From positions 136,455 to 200,454 of the forward strand of contig CAWGSK010000002.1 in the NCBI GenBank assembly GCA_963825055.1: 64,000 nt of DNA, read 5' to 3'. Numbering within the stretch: position 1 is the stretch's first letter; every line of letters begins with the position of its first letter. Both the position numbers and the translations under genes were made by a program. The notes under the pieces are model-generated. The model had not been told where the DNA came from. It made no database searches and worked only from the letters and a program-made list of their open reading frames with translations. Origin of the DNA: an uncultured Gemmatimonadales bacterium (GTDB taxonomy: Bacteria > Gemmatimonadota > Gemmatimonadetes > Gemmatimonadales > GWC2-71-9). Below, one piece after another: positions 1 through 9,854 of the stretch.

Positions 1-2
1 CC

Positions 3-437
3 ACGCTGGCGCTCGTCGGTGATGGCCCGTCACGCCGTCGCATGCTCAGGGACGCCGGGCCGGGCGTGGCCTGGATACCCTACCAGCGCGATCGCGAGCG
101 GCTGGCGAACCTGATTGCGTCCGCCGACTGCTGCCTTGCCCCCGGACCGGCGGAGACATTCGGCCTGGCCGCGCTGGAAGCGCTGGCAAGCGGCGTGCCC
201 GTCATCTCCGCCAACCTGGGCGGAGTCCCGGACCTCGTCCGGGCCTCAGGTGCAGGGAAAGTTGTGCCGATGGAGGATGCGGAGGCGCTCGCCCGCGCGA
301 TCAACGAGGTCCTGGCGGCGCCCGCCGGATCGCTGGCCGCGCGCGCGCGCCAGTGGGCGGAGCTTCATCACGGATGGGACACGGTGATGGACGGGATCTT
401 CGAGACGTACCGCACTCTCGCCGCCACCCCCCCATGA
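3..437 (+). CDS. Glycosyltransferase family 4 (GT-B), C-terminal part; 5' end lies outside the window
   Basis: Frame is open from the window edge (TLALVGDGPS...). Contains the GT4 signature ETFGLAALEALASGVPV. Confidence 0.85.
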   Translation, partial: TLALVGDGPSRRRMLRDAGPGVAWIPYQRDRERLANLIASADCCLAPGPAETFGLAALEALASGVPVISANLGGVPDLVRASGAGKVVPMEDAEALARAINEVLAAPAGSLAARARQWAELHHGWDTVMDGIFETYRTLAATPP

Positions 438-1309
438 CGGTCCTCGGAGCCCATCTTGCCTGCGTGGTGCTGGTCGCGGCAGACGTGATCGCCCGTTCCT
501 GGCGCATCCAGCTGCTGGCCCGCGGACTTGGCTACCCGATGCGCTTTCGCGATGCGGCAGGGGTCAACCTGGTGGGGGATGCGGCGTGCGCCCTGACCCC
601 GCTCCGGATCGGCGGGGAGCCCACCCGTCTCGCGCTGATGCTTCGGGCCGGCCTGCCCGCAACTGCCGCCTTCGTGGCCATCACATACGAGGTGCTCGCG
701 GCGTGGCCGGTCATCATTGGCATCGCCGCGGTGCTCGCATGGCAGCACCTGCCCGCCTGGTGGGCGGCGGTGGGAGGCCGCCTGGTGCGGGCCGCCACCG
801 AGGGCTGGCCCCTCGTCCTGTGCGTGCTGATCCTGACCGTGCTGGCATGGGTCTGGGTTCGTCGTGTCGCGCCGGGAGCCGCGCACCACCTGCGCCGGCC
901 ATGGCGCCGGGCCCTGGTGCACTGGCGGCGCATGCCGGCGTGGCCCCTGCTGCTGAGCGCGCCGCTCACGGCCGTCAACGTGGTGTCGCGGGTGGCGATC
1001 CTGCCGATCCTCGCCTCCACCCTGCCTACGCCGGTCCCGCCGGGCACGCTCCTGGTGGGCTCGTTCACGCTGCTCTACAGCCAGCTGTTCCTGCCCACCC
1101 CGGCGGGACTCGGCGTCGTGGACCTGGGCTTCCTCGCGGGCGCGGCGGGAGACCTGGGGGGCGCGGAACCGCGCCTGCTGCTCTGGTGGCGGTTCTATAC
1201 GAGCGGCGCCGGGGCGGTGGCCGGCGTGTGGATCGGGATACGGCTCTTCGGATGGCAGGCGCTCCGGGCGCTCATCCCCGGCCGCGCCAGGGCAGGAGAA
1301 TCAGCGTGA
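434..1309 (+). CDS. Lysylphosphatidylglycerol-synthase TM / flippase-like membrane protein
   Basis: ATGA overlap with the upstream GT. Multiple TM segments with the motifs TPLRIGGEP and PTPAGLGVVD. Confidence 0.7.
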   Translation: MTVLGAHLACVVLVAADVIARSWRIQLLARGLGYPMRFRDAAGVNLVGDAACALTPLRIGGEPTRLALMLRAGLPATAAFVAITYEVLAAWPVIIGIAAVLAWQHLPAWWAAVGGRLVRAATEGWPLVLCVLILTVLAWVWVRRVAPGAAHHLRRPWRRALVHWRRMPAWPLLLSAPLTAVNVVSRVAILPILASTLPTPVPPGTLLVGSFTLLYSQLFLPTPAGLGVVDLGFLAGAAGDLGGAEPRLLLWWRFYTSGAGAVAGVWIGIRLFGWQALRALIPGRARAGESA

Positions 1310-1639
1310 TCCGCCCATGACAATCACCATGACCGTCCGCTCCAGCGCGCGCTCGACACCGTGGGGCACGCCGGCCGGCGCCCAGACCACCTCGCCCGGT
1401 CCAGCCTCGATACGCTCATCTCCCACCCGCAGCACCGCTCGCCCCTCCAGGACGAGATACGCCTTGTCCGCCCCGTCGTGCGCGTGCACCCGCTGCGCCT
1501 GGCCCGGCTCGAAGGCGTTCACCCCGACGAACAGGTGATCGCCTGCGAAAAGGTCCGCCTTCACCCCCTTGTCCGTCCGCTCCGTCGCCTCAACCGCGCG
1601 GCGGGCCTCGCCCGTGACCGACTTGCAATACTCCGGCAT
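1301..1639 (-). CDS. Cupin domain protein (112 aa)
   Basis: HAH...YLVLEG...GEVVWAPAGVPH cupin motifs. AAGGGA RBS before the ATG at 1639. Lies at the C-terminal end of the long listed shadow ORF. Confidence 0.8.
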   Translation of the reverse strand: MPEYCKSVTGEARRAVEATERTDKGVKADLFAGDHLFVGVNAFEPGQAQRVHAHDGADKAYLVLEGRAVLRVGDERIEAGPGEVVWAPAGVPHGVERALERTVMVIVMGGSR

Positions 1640-1705
1640 CGCATTTCCCTTCCGTCCCGTGGGCCGGCCGGGTGGCCGGCCGATCATCCCCAACCTCTGA
1701 CTGCC

Positions 1706-3115
1706 ATGAACACACGCACTGAAAAAGATCCCCTCGGCGAGAAGCAGGTTCCCGCTGACGCCCTCTACGGTATCCAGACGCTGCGCGCCCGGGAGAACTT
1801 CCCGATCTCCGGGCTCCGCCCGCTTCCCGCCTTTGTGGATGCGATGGTCTGGATCAAGCGTTCGGCGGCACTCACGCACAGGAAGACGGGGCGCCTCGAG
1901 GCCCGGCTGGCCGATGCCATTGTCCAGGCGGCCGACGAGGTGCTGGAGGGCGGGCATCGCGATCAGTTCGTGGTCGACCCGTACCAGGCGGGGGCGGGCA
2001 CGAGTCACAACATGAACGTTAATGAGGTCCTCGCGAACCGGGCCAACGAGATCCTCGGGGCCGGGCGCGGGGTGTACAAGCCGGTGCACCCGAACGACCA
2101 CGTCAACATGGCACAGAGTACGAACGACACGATCCCGACCGCGATGCGGCTGGCTACGCTGGCGACCCTGCCGGCACTGCTCGAGGCGATCGACGGCCTC
2201 GGGAAGGCCTTTATCGACCGGGGCCGCGCCTTCGACCACATCGTGAAATCGGGCCGCACGCACCTCCAGGACGCCACCCCGATTCGGCTGGGACAGGAGT
2301 TCACGGCCTACGGACACACCGTCGCCCGCCACCGGCAGAAACTGGCCGAGGCCGCCGACTGGCTCCGTGCGCTCAACATCGGGGGGTCCGCGGTCGGCAC
2401 GGGACTCAACGTGGAGCCGGCCTACCCCGCGCTCATGGTGGAACACCTGCGCGAGATCACGGGGCTCGATGTGCGCGAGGGCGAGGACCGTGTCCAGCTG
2501 ATGCAGTCGATGGGAGACATCGCCTCGTTCAGCGGCGCCCTGCGCGCGTATGTCCTGGACCTGAACAAGATCGCGAACGACATCCGGTTGCTGGCGAGCG
2601 GCCCGCGCACCGGCCTGGCCGAAATCGTCCTGCCGGAAGTGCAGCCGGGCTCGAGCATCATGCCCGGGAAGGTGAACCCGAGCATCGCGGAGATGGTGAA
2701 CCAGGTCTGCTACCAGGCACTCGGGCTGGACGTGACCGTCGCCCTGGCCGCCGAGGCCGGCCAGCTCGAGCTGAACGTGATGATGCCTGTAATCACCCAC
2801 AACATCGTCTTCGCGGTAATGATCGTGGGTAACGCCACGCGGGTCTTCGACGAGCGCTGTGTGCGCGGCATCGAGGCCGACGAGAAACAGTGCGCGCACT
2901 GGCTGGAACGCAGCCCCGCCCTCGTCACCGCCCTGGCCCCGAAGATCGGTTACGCGGAGGCGGCCCGCCTCGCCAAGGAAGCACTCAAGACGGGGCTCAC
3001 CGTCCGGGAACTGGTAGTGCAGAAGAAGGTCCTGGAAGGACCGGAGCTGGACAGGATTCTGGACCTCCGCGCAATGACCGAGCCGGGGGTGCCGGGGGGT
3101 GGGGAAAAGCGTTGA
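1706..3115 (+). CDS. aspA: Aspartate ammonia-lyase (fumarase/aspartase superfamily)
   Basis: RTEKDPLGE...YGIQT, GTSHNMNVNEV, GRTHLQDA and GSSIMPGKVNP signatures. A class II fumarase is not fully excluded. Confidence 0.85.
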   Translation: MNTRTEKDPLGEKQVPADALYGIQTLRARENFPISGLRPLPAFVDAMVWIKRSAALTHRKTGRLEARLADAIVQAADEVLEGGHRDQFVVDPYQAGAGTSHNMNVNEVLANRANEILGAGRGVYKPVHPNDHVNMAQSTNDTIPTAMRLATLATLPALLEAIDGLGKAFIDRGRAFDHIVKSGRTHLQDATPIRLGQEFTAYGHTVARHRQKLAEAADWLRALNIGGSAVGTGLNVEPAYPALMVEHLREITGLDVREGEDRVQLMQSMGDIASFSGALRAYVLDLNKIANDIRLLASGPRTGLAEIVLPEVQPGSSIMPGKVNPSIAEMVNQVCYQALGLDVTVALAAEAGQLELNVMMPVITHNIVFAVMIVGNATRVFDERCVRGIEADEKQCAHWLERSPALVTALAPKIGYAEAARLAKEALKTGLTVRELVVQKKVLEGPELDRILDLRAMTEPGVPGGGEKR

Positions 3116-3116
3116 C

Positions 3117-3251
3117 GAGTTGAGTCGAGTTGAATCGTTGAGTCGTTGAGTCGTTGAGTCGTTGAGTCGTTGAATCGTTTGAACCGTGATTGTTGCCGGG
3201 AACAATACCACTACTCAACGACTTAACCGCTCAACCACTCAACCACTCCAC
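3117..3251. repeat. Inverted pair of octamer tandem arrays: (GTTGAGTC)n ... (NACTCAAC)n around a small hairpin
   Basis: Four perfect GTTGAGTC copies at 3137-3168 with GTTGAATC variants either side. Central ATTGTT-GCCGGG-AACAAT. About five degenerate reverse-complement copies at 3212-3251. Confidence 0.9.
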
Positions 3252-3285
3252 CAACGCCCCCCCCGTCGCCATCTATATTTCCCCC

Positions 3286-4419
3286 ATGCCCCTCACCCAG
3301 CCCGAACTCCTCCGCTACTCCCGTCACCTGCTCCTGCCCGAGGTCGGCCTCGCGGGGCAGGAGAAGCTGCGTGCGGGGCGCGTGCTGCTGGTGGGGGCCG
3401 GCGGCCTCGGATCGCCGGCCGCGCTCTACCTGGCCGCCGCCGGAGTGGGGACGATCGGGCTGGTGGACGCGGACCGGGTCGAGGCGTCGAACCTCCAGCG
3501 ACAGGTGCTGCACGGGACGGGCGACATCGGCCGCCCGAAAGTGGAAAGCGGCGCGGCGCGCATTGCTGACGTGAATCCTCACGTCCTGGTCCGGCAGCAC
3601 GGCGAGCGGCTCACGTCGGCCAACGCGCTCGGAGTCCTCAGCGATTACGATATCGTCCTGGACGGCAGCGACAATTTCCCCACCCGGTATCTCATCAATG
3701 ACGCCTGTGTAATGCTGGGCCTGCCCGACGTGTATGGGAGCATTCACCGCTTCGAGGGGCAGGTCAGCGTGTTCGACGCGGCACGCGGTCCCTGCTATCG
3801 GTGCCTCTTTGCCGAACCGCCCCCACCGGGCCTCGTGCCGGGATGCGCGGAGGCCGGGGTCCTCGGCGTGCTGCCGGGGATCATCGGAACCCTCCAGGCG
3901 CTGGAGGCGATCAAGTTCCTCCTTGGCGCCGGGGACAGCCTCGTGGGCCGGCTGGTGCTGTTCGACGCGCTCCGGTTCTCCTTCCGGGAGCTGCAGCTCC
4001 GGAAGGACCCGGACTGCCCGGTATGCGGAACACGCCCGACAGTGACGTCGCTCATCGATTACGAGGCGTTCTGCGGCCTGCACGAAGACGGCGGAGTCGC
4101 CGACATCGAAATCACCCCGGCGGAACTGGCCGCGCTCGGCAACGCGCAGGACGGCCCGCAGGTCGTGGACGTACGCGAACCGGGCGAGTACGCGCTGGTG
4201 CGGCTTCCCGGCTCGGTTCTCATTCCCCTGGGAGAACTCGCGGCCCGACTCGGTGAACTGGATTCCACCCGGCCTGTCGTCGCGCTGTGCCACCACGGCG
4301 CCCGTTCGCGGACGGCCGTGGAACTCCTGCGCGCGGCGGGATTCTCCGATGTACGGAACCTGCAGGGCGGGATCGATGCCTGGGCCCGGGAGGTCGAGCC
4401 GGGGATGACGAGATATTGA
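3286..4419 (+). CDS. moeB: Molybdopterin-synthase adenylyltransferase MoeB/MoeZ with C-terminal rhodanese domain
   Basis: RYSRHLLLPEVG, GAGGLG, SNLQRQ, CYRC and CPVC motifs. Rhodanese DVRE...CHHGARS. Confidence 0.92.
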   Translation: MPLTQPELLRYSRHLLLPEVGLAGQEKLRAGRVLLVGAGGLGSPAALYLAAAGVGTIGLVDADRVEASNLQRQVLHGTGDIGRPKVESGAARIADVNPHVLVRQHGERLTSANALGVLSDYDIVLDGSDNFPTRYLINDACVMLGLPDVYGSIHRFEGQVSVFDAARGPCYRCLFAEPPPPGLVPGCAEAGVLGVLPGIIGTLQALEAIKFLLGAGDSLVGRLVLFDALRFSFRELQLRKDPDCPVCGTRPTVTSLIDYEAFCGLHEDGGVADIEITPAELAALGNAQDGPQVVDVREPGEYALVRLPGSVLIPLGELAARLGELDSTRPVVALCHHGARSRTAVELLRAAGFSDVRNLQGGIDAWAREVEPGMTRY

Positions 4420-4494
4420 AGTCGAGAGGTCAGGAGGGCAGGAGCGAGGGTTGAGAGGTGGAGCACTCCAGCGTCGGAGGACCAGTGCCGGTGC

Positions 4495-4524
4495 TTGACG
4501 GCGGACGTCCGAATCATCTACCTT
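4495..4524 (+). promoter_or_regulatory. Putative sigma70 promoter for tRNA-Leu
   Basis: TTGACG-N18-TACCTT just upstream of the tRNA. Confidence 0.5.
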
Positions 4525-4535
4525 GCCCGCCGCTC

Positions 4536-4621
<86 letters not shown>

Positions 4622-4634
4622 GGACGGTCATGAA

Positions 4635-4711
4635 GTCGGGAGGTCGGGAGGTCCTTCAGGATCTTCCGACCTTTTGCTTGCGCCCGCCTCCCGACATCCA
4701 GCCCTCCCGAC
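4635..4711. repeat. GTCGGGAG / CTCCCGAC octamer repeats forming an imperfect inverted structure
   Basis: GTCGGGAG x2, GTCC-TTCA-GGAT, CTTCCGAC, then two CTCCCGAC copies. Related G-rich units also occur at 4421-4444. Confidence 0.65.
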
Positions 4712-4721
4712 GCCCGCCGCG

Positions 4722-4750
4722 TTGACCCTGCCGAACTGCAATCCTATCTT
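4722..4750 (+). promoter_or_regulatory. Putative sigma70 promoter for smpB
   Basis: TTGACC-N17-TATCTT. Confidence 0.55.
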
Positions 4751-4767
4751 GACGTTACGAGATCCTG

Positions 4768-5247
4768 ATGTCGACACGCGCGGCCGAGCCCGGGGAGGGC
4801 AAGCATTCGATTGCCCGCAACCCGAGGGCAACGCACGACTACCACGTCCTCGAGACCTGGGAGGCGGGCATCGTGCTGACCGGTACCGAGGTCAAGTCGC
4901 TGCGTAACGGGAAGGCGTCCATCAAGGAGGCCTTTGCGCGTCTCCGCAATGGGGAAGTCTTCCTCGAGGGCATGAACATCACCCCCTACGAACAGGGGAA
5001 CCGCCACAATCACCCCCCGGTGCGTTCCCGCAAGCTCCTCCTGCACCGCCGGGAGATCGAGCGGCTCATCGGGGCGGTGGAACAGAAGGGCCTGACACTG
5101 GTGCCGCTGGAACTGTATTTCCGGAACGGGAAGGCCAAGATCGTCATCGCGCTGGGCCGCGGGAAAAAACAGCACGACCGCCGCGAGGACATCAAGCGCC
5201 GCATCGCCGACCGCGAGGTCGCCCGGGCCATCAAGAGGCGCCGATGA
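4768..5247 (+). CDS. smpB: SsrA-binding protein SmpB
   Basis: EAGIVLTGTEVKSLR, RKLLLHRREI and GKKQHDRRE. Confidence 0.97.
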   Translation: MSTRAAEPGEGKHSIARNPRATHDYHVLETWEAGIVLTGTEVKSLRNGKASIKEAFARLRNGEVFLEGMNITPYEQGNRHNHPPVRSRKLLLHRREIERLIGAVEQKGLTLVPLELYFRNGKAKIVIALGRGKKQHDRREDIKRRIADREVARAIKRRR

Positions 5248-6443
5248 TCGCGCTCCTGGCCGCCGTCTCGCTGGTCGCCGGGCCTCCCAATGGCGTTCCC
5301 GACGCTCTCACCATCACCACCACCCGCGGCGAGGTCCGGGTCGAGGTTCGTACCGACGGGACAGGCGCGCCCGTGCTGCCCGCCCGCCGGTTCGCCCGCG
5401 CGATGGGCGCCGAGGTCGAGCTTGATAACGGCTGGCTGGTGTTCACCATTGCCCGGCAGCCGTTCCGGTTCCTCCTCGGCGCGCCGGTCTACACCTCGCA
5501 GCGCATCCTGCACCCCCTGGCCGGCAGCGCGGTCATCTTCCAGGACACGCTGTACCTCCCCTACCAGTTCGCCGCCGAAGTCCTGCCCCGGGTGTTCTCG
5601 GAGCGGTACCGCTACGACGCGGCCGCGGGACGGCTGCTCGAGGCCGGGGCCATCGTGATGCGGTCGACGGCGCCCGAACCGCAGCGGCTCCCCAACGGAC
5701 TCCTGCCGGGCCACCTCGTGACCATCGACCCCGGTCATGGCGGGGTGGACCCCGGGAACCCGGGGCTGTTCTTCCCGCGCGGTGTCCACGAGAAGGACGT
5801 CGTGCTGCAGATCGGGCTCCTCCTGCGGAAGGAACTGCAGGAGCGCGGCATCAAGGTCCGGATGACCAGGAGCACCGACACGCTGATCGCCCTCGGCGAG
5901 CGCGGCGGATACTGCACCGAGACCTGCGACCTGTTCGTCAGCCTGCACGTGAACTCGCTCGAGAAGCGACGCGGCTACACCGACGTGCGCGGGTTCGAAA
6001 CGTATTTGCTGGCGGAGGCGAAGACTGAAGACGCCCGGCGTGTGGCCCGGATGGAGAACGATGCCGTGCGCTTCGAGGGCGGTCCGTCGCCGGGGGAGGG
6101 GCTCTCGGCGCTCGACTTCATCCTCAAGGATCTCCAGCTGAACGAGCACCTGCGCGAGTCCGCCCGCCTCGCCGAACTCATGCAGTCCCGGCTCGACCCG
6201 GTGCACACCGGGGACAATCGCGGCGTGAAGCAGGCCGGGTTCATGGTCCTGACCACGGCCCGCCGTCCCGCGGTCCTGGTGGAACTCGGGTACAGCACCA
6301 ACCGCGGCGACAGCCGCATCCTCACCGAGCCGTCGAGCCAGCGCGCGCTCGCCGCCGCCATTGCTGATGCGGTCGTGGACTACCTGCGAGAATACGAGCG
6401 CAAGACGACGCCCGCGCCCCTCACCGTGGGCGGACGGCCATGA
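5244..6443 (+). CDS. N-acetylmuramoyl-L-alanine amidase (Amidase_3)
   Basis: IDPGHGG, EK, FVSLHVN and PAVLVELGY zinc-amidase motifs. Confidence 0.9.
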   Translation: MIALLAAVSLVAGPPNGVPDALTITTTRGEVRVEVRTDGTGAPVLPARRFARAMGAEVELDNGWLVFTIARQPFRFLLGAPVYTSQRILHPLAGSAVIFQDTLYLPYQFAAEVLPRVFSERYRYDAAAGRLLEAGAIVMRSTAPEPQRLPNGLLPGHLVTIDPGHGGVDPGNPGLFFPRGVHEKDVVLQIGLLLRKELQERGIKVRMTRSTDTLIALGERGGYCTETCDLFVSLHVNSLEKRRGYTDVRGFETYLLAEAKTEDARRVARMENDAVRFEGGPSPGEGLSALDFILKDLQLNEHLRESARLAELMQSRLDPVHTGDNRGVKQAGFMVLTTARRPAVLVELGYSTNRGDSRILTEPSSQRALAAAIADAVVDYLREYERKTTPAPLTVGGRP

Positions 6444-7808
6444 GGCGGCTTGCCCTGGCGGCGCTCGTGCTGGTTGGCGGGTGCGTGTACTACAACGGCA
6501 TGTACCGCGCCGTGCACCTGGCGGACGACGCGGAAAAGGCGGAACGTGAAGGCCGGACGATTCAGGCCCAGAATCTGTGGGGCCAGGTCGGGGTGAAGGC
6601 CGATACGGTGCTCGCCCGCCACCCGGACAGCAAATGGGCGGACGACGCCCTGTACCTGAGCGCAAGGAGCCGGGAGCGGCTCGGCGACTGCACCAGCGCG
6701 GTGGATGCCCTCCAGCGCCTGCTTGCCATTTCCCCCGACCCGGATCTGCGCGAGCGCGCGACATTCCTGCTCGGTACCTGCTGGCAGCAGCTGGGGAATA
6801 CGCGCCAGGCCTCGGAGGCGTTTGCCCAGCTGGTCAATTCCGCCGATTCCGCCCAGCGGAACGAGGCGCTTTTCCAGCACGGGCGCTCGCTCCGGCTCGG
6901 CGGGCGCTATGCCGAGGCCCTGGAAATGCTGGCGCGAACGAGCCACCCGGAAGCAGTGGGTGAGCGGGCTGCTGCGCTCGCCGGCCTGGGCCGGCTGGAG
7001 GAATCGCGGGCGACGACGGATTCGCTGATCGAGGACGTCGCGGTTGCCGCCCCATGGGACAGCATCATCGCCCTGGGAGGCCGGCACGACCCCGAGTGGT
7101 CAACTGCGCTGGTCGACCGCCTGATCGCGATGCCCGGCGTGACGCCGGAGCAGAAGTCCCGCTGGCTGGTGGAAAACGGCCGGCTCCTCTCCGACCAGGA
7201 CATGTCGCAAATCCCTGCAACGCCTGGCGATGGCGGATTCCGTCGGGCAGGGGACCGAGGCGGGGCAGCAGGCGCGGCTGGCCACCCTGCACATCCGGCT
7301 CGAGCACACCACCGACTCCGCCGGCCTCGCCACGCTCCTCAGGGACTATGGCGCGCTCGGCCAGGTGGGCGGGGCGGTGGGCGGCGACGCGCAGCGGACC
7401 GCCATGACGTTGTATGGAGTAACCGGTGTGCTCGATTCGGTGACGCCGGAGACGCGCGAGGGGGACATGCAACTGTTCATCGCGGCCGAAGCCGCGCGAG
7501 ACACGCTGCGGGCTCCCCGGCTTGCCGAGGTCGCCTTCCGGCGGATCCTCCAGGACTTTGACGATTCTCCCTACGCGCCGAAAGCCCTGCTCGCCCTCAC
7601 GGCGCTCGGGGCCGTTCCCGCCGATTCCACGGCGAGTGCGCTCTCCCTCAACTGGCCGGGCAGCCCCTACCTTGCGCTGCTGGAAGGGGAACCGGCACCG
7701 GCATACACCCAACTCGAGGACTCGCTCAAGCGGTTCAGTGTGCGGTTCCGCGCCGAGGTGCGCCGGGCTAACGTCGGCAAGCCACTCCCGGGCCGGGAAG
7801 TCCATTGA
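6440..7808 (+). pseudogene. TPR lipoprotein split by an apparent +1 frameshift near 7209-7211
   Basis: Lipobox LVGGC and TPR-like repeats up to about 7210. The TPR-like text continues in the next frame (SLQRLAMADS...SPYAPKALLAL). Could be a sequencing error. Confidence 0.65.
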
Positions 7809-8677
7809 GCGCCGCGACCTCCCGCGAGGTCTTCGGCGCCACCTTCCAGAATCCCGTGCTCCTGGCCGCCGGCACCGCCGGGTATGGCCGGGAACTTGAC
7901 GGCGTGATGGATCTCGACCGGCTCGGCGGGATCGTGACCAAGGCGGTTTCCGTCGAACCTCGCGCGGGCAACCCTCCGCCCCGTGTTGCCGAGTTTCGCG
8001 GCGGCATGCTGAATTCCGTCGGACTGGCGAACCCCGGTCTCGCCGCAGTGGTCGCCGAAGACCTCCCCTGGCTCGCCGGGCGGCTCCAGCACGCCCGGAT
8101 CGTCGTGAACGTCGTCGGCTTCACGGTCGAGGAGTACGGTCGTGTGATCGAGGGGCTGGAGGACGTCCCCGGCATCTGCGCGTACGAGTTGAATCTCTCC
8201 TGCCCGAACACCAGTGCGGGCGGTATCGAGTTCGGCGCCGATCCGGCCTCGGTGCGTGAGGTCGTGACGGATTGCCGCGGCCGCACGTCCCGGGCGGTGG
8301 TGGCCAAACTCTCGCCGGTCCTGCCCGACCCTGGGGGCATCGCCAGGGTGGCGCGTGATGCCGGGGCCGACGGGGCCACGGTCGTAAACACGCTGCCGGG
8401 CTCGCTCGATGACAGCAGGGGCCGGTCCCGCCTTGGCCGGCCGTGGGGAGGGGTCAGCGGCCCGGCCCTGCTCCCGGTTGGTCTGGCCGCCGTGCGGCGC
8501 GTGCGCGAGCAGCTGGGCGACTGGCCGGTCATCGGGGTCGGTGGGGTGCGCACCGCCGCCGACGTGCGCGCCTACCTCCGGGCCGGCGCGTCCCTCGTCG
8601 CCATCGGGACCGCTGCCCTGGCGGACCCCCACCTTCCCGAGCGCATTGTCACGGATCTGGAACGCCATGGCCTGTGA
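7805..8677 (+). CDS. pyrD: Dihydroorotate dehydrogenase (family 1)
   Basis: NPVLLAAGT, GNPPPR, NSVGLANPG and ELNLSCPN. Confidence 0.92.
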   Translation: MSAATSREVFGATFQNPVLLAAGTAGYGRELDGVMDLDRLGGIVTKAVSVEPRAGNPPPRVAEFRGGMLNSVGLANPGLAAVVAEDLPWLAGRLQHARIVVNVVGFTVEEYGRVIEGLEDVPGICAYELNLSCPNTSAGGIEFGADPASVREVVTDCRGRTSRAVVAKLSPVLPDPGGIARVARDAGADGATVVNTLPGSLDDSRGRSRLGRPWGGVSGPALLPVGLAAVRRVREQLGDWPVIGVGGVRTAADVRAYLRAGASLVAIGTAALADPHLPERIVTDLERHGL

Positions 8678-9350
8678 GATAATTGTCGCCCTCGATGTCC
8701 CCAGCTCCCGGGAGGCCCTGCCCCTCGTGGACAGCCTGCCCCGACTGGCCTGGGTCAAGGTCGGCTCCGTGCTCATGACCCGGGAGGGTCCCGGCCTGGT
8801 CCGGCAGCTCCTCGACCGGGGGCTCAACGTCTTCCTCGACCTCAAGTGGCACGATATTCCCAACACCGTCGCCGGCGCGGTGGCGGCTGCCAGTGACATG
8901 GGCATCCGGATGGCCACCGTGCACGCCCTTGGAGGGCGCCCCATGATGGAGGCGGCCGCGCGGGCGGCGGGCTCCGGACTGGGGCTCGTCGGGGTGACAG
9001 TGCTGACCTCTCACGATGACAAGGGATATGCGGGTGCGACTGGCAGGGACAGCGTGAACCTGCTCCAGGAAGTGGAGCGGCAGAGCCGGAATGCCATGGA
9101 TGCGGGTCTACGCGGGGTCGTGTGCTCCCCCCTCGAGGTGGCCGTGGTACGCGGGGCGATCGGACCCGGCGGGTGGATAGTCGTGCCGGGCATCCGTCGC
9201 GCCGGGGATCAGGCGGGGGACCAGGCCCGGGTTGCCACGCCGGCGGATGCGGTCCGGGCCGGGGCCACCCACCTGGTGGTGGGTCGGCCGGTGCTGGAAG
9301 CCGCGGAGCCGGCCGCCGCGTTTCAATCCATCCTGGAGGAGATCGCGTGA
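8667..9350 (+). CDS. pyrF: Orotidine-5'-phosphate decarboxylase
   Basis: IIVALD, FLDLKWHDIPNTV, VPGIR and VVGRP. Confidence 0.95.
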   Translation: MACEIIVALDVPSSREALPLVDSLPRLAWVKVGSVLMTREGPGLVRQLLDRGLNVFLDLKWHDIPNTVAGAVAAASDMGIRMATVHALGGRPMMEAAARAAGSGLGLVGVTVLTSHDDKGYAGATGRDSVNLLQEVERQSRNAMDAGLRGVVCSPLEVAVVRGAIGPGGWIVVPGIRRAGDQAGDQARVATPADAVRAGATHLVVGRPVLEAAEPAAAFQSILEEIA

Positions 9351-9784
9351 GCCGGGCCCTCTGGCTGGCGGTGGGGCTCGTTCTGGCCTCGACCGCCGGT
9401 GCCGGCGCGCAGGCCGCCCATGTGGCCGGTCCGGACCTCGCGAGGCTGGCCGACGGTGCCGCCAGGGCCGTCGGGTCCCAGGACGGCGCCGGACTGGTGT
9501 CGGGCGTGCCCCGCCTCGTGATCCAGCTGCCGGGTGTGGAACCTTCCGGCCCCGTGGACCGGCCCCAGGCCGTGGCCCTGCTCAAGGGGTTCTTCCAGGG
9601 GGCGGTGGAGGAAGGCACGGTGGTCCGGGCGGCCCGGGAGGTCGGGGCGGGGCGGGGGCTGGTCGAGCTGGTTCGCCGGTACCGGACGAGGGGAACCCAG
9701 ACCATCCGGGAGCAGGCGATTCTTCTGGGGTATCGGCTGGAGGAGTCCGGCTGGCGCCTGGTGGAGCTCCGGGTGGAGCACTAG
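9347..9784 (+). CDS. Hypothetical secreted protein
   Basis: GTGA overlap with pyrF. N-terminal signal peptide (ALWLAVGLVLASTAGAGA). Confidence 0.6.
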   Translation: MSRALWLAVGLVLASTAGAGAQAAHVAGPDLARLADGAARAVGSQDGAGLVSGVPRLVIQLPGVEPSGPVDRPQAVALLKGFFQGAVEEGTVVRAAREVGAGRGLVELVRRYRTRGTQTIREQAILLGYRLEESGWRLVELRVEH

Positions 9785-9790
9785 CTTTTC

Positions 9791-9840
9791 CCCTGTCCGC
9801 CCTGTCCGCCCTGTCCGCCCTGTCCGCCCTGTCCGCCCTG
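9791..9840. repeat. 9-bp tandem repeat (CCCTGTCCG) x5.5
   Basis: Five perfect copies plus CCCTG in the intergenic region upstream of rpmJ. Confidence 0.95.
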
Positions 9841-9854
9841 CCAATCACCTTGCC

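Noticed and set aside
1640..3211. N-terminal ~520 aa of the 636-aa minus ORF (includes an RLNDSTTQ repeat)
   Set aside because: Shadow of aspA plus translated microsatellite. Only the last 112 aa (cupin) look real.
3117..3251. Possible CRISPR array
   Set aside because: Units are 8 bp and contiguous, with no unique spacers and no cas genes in the window.
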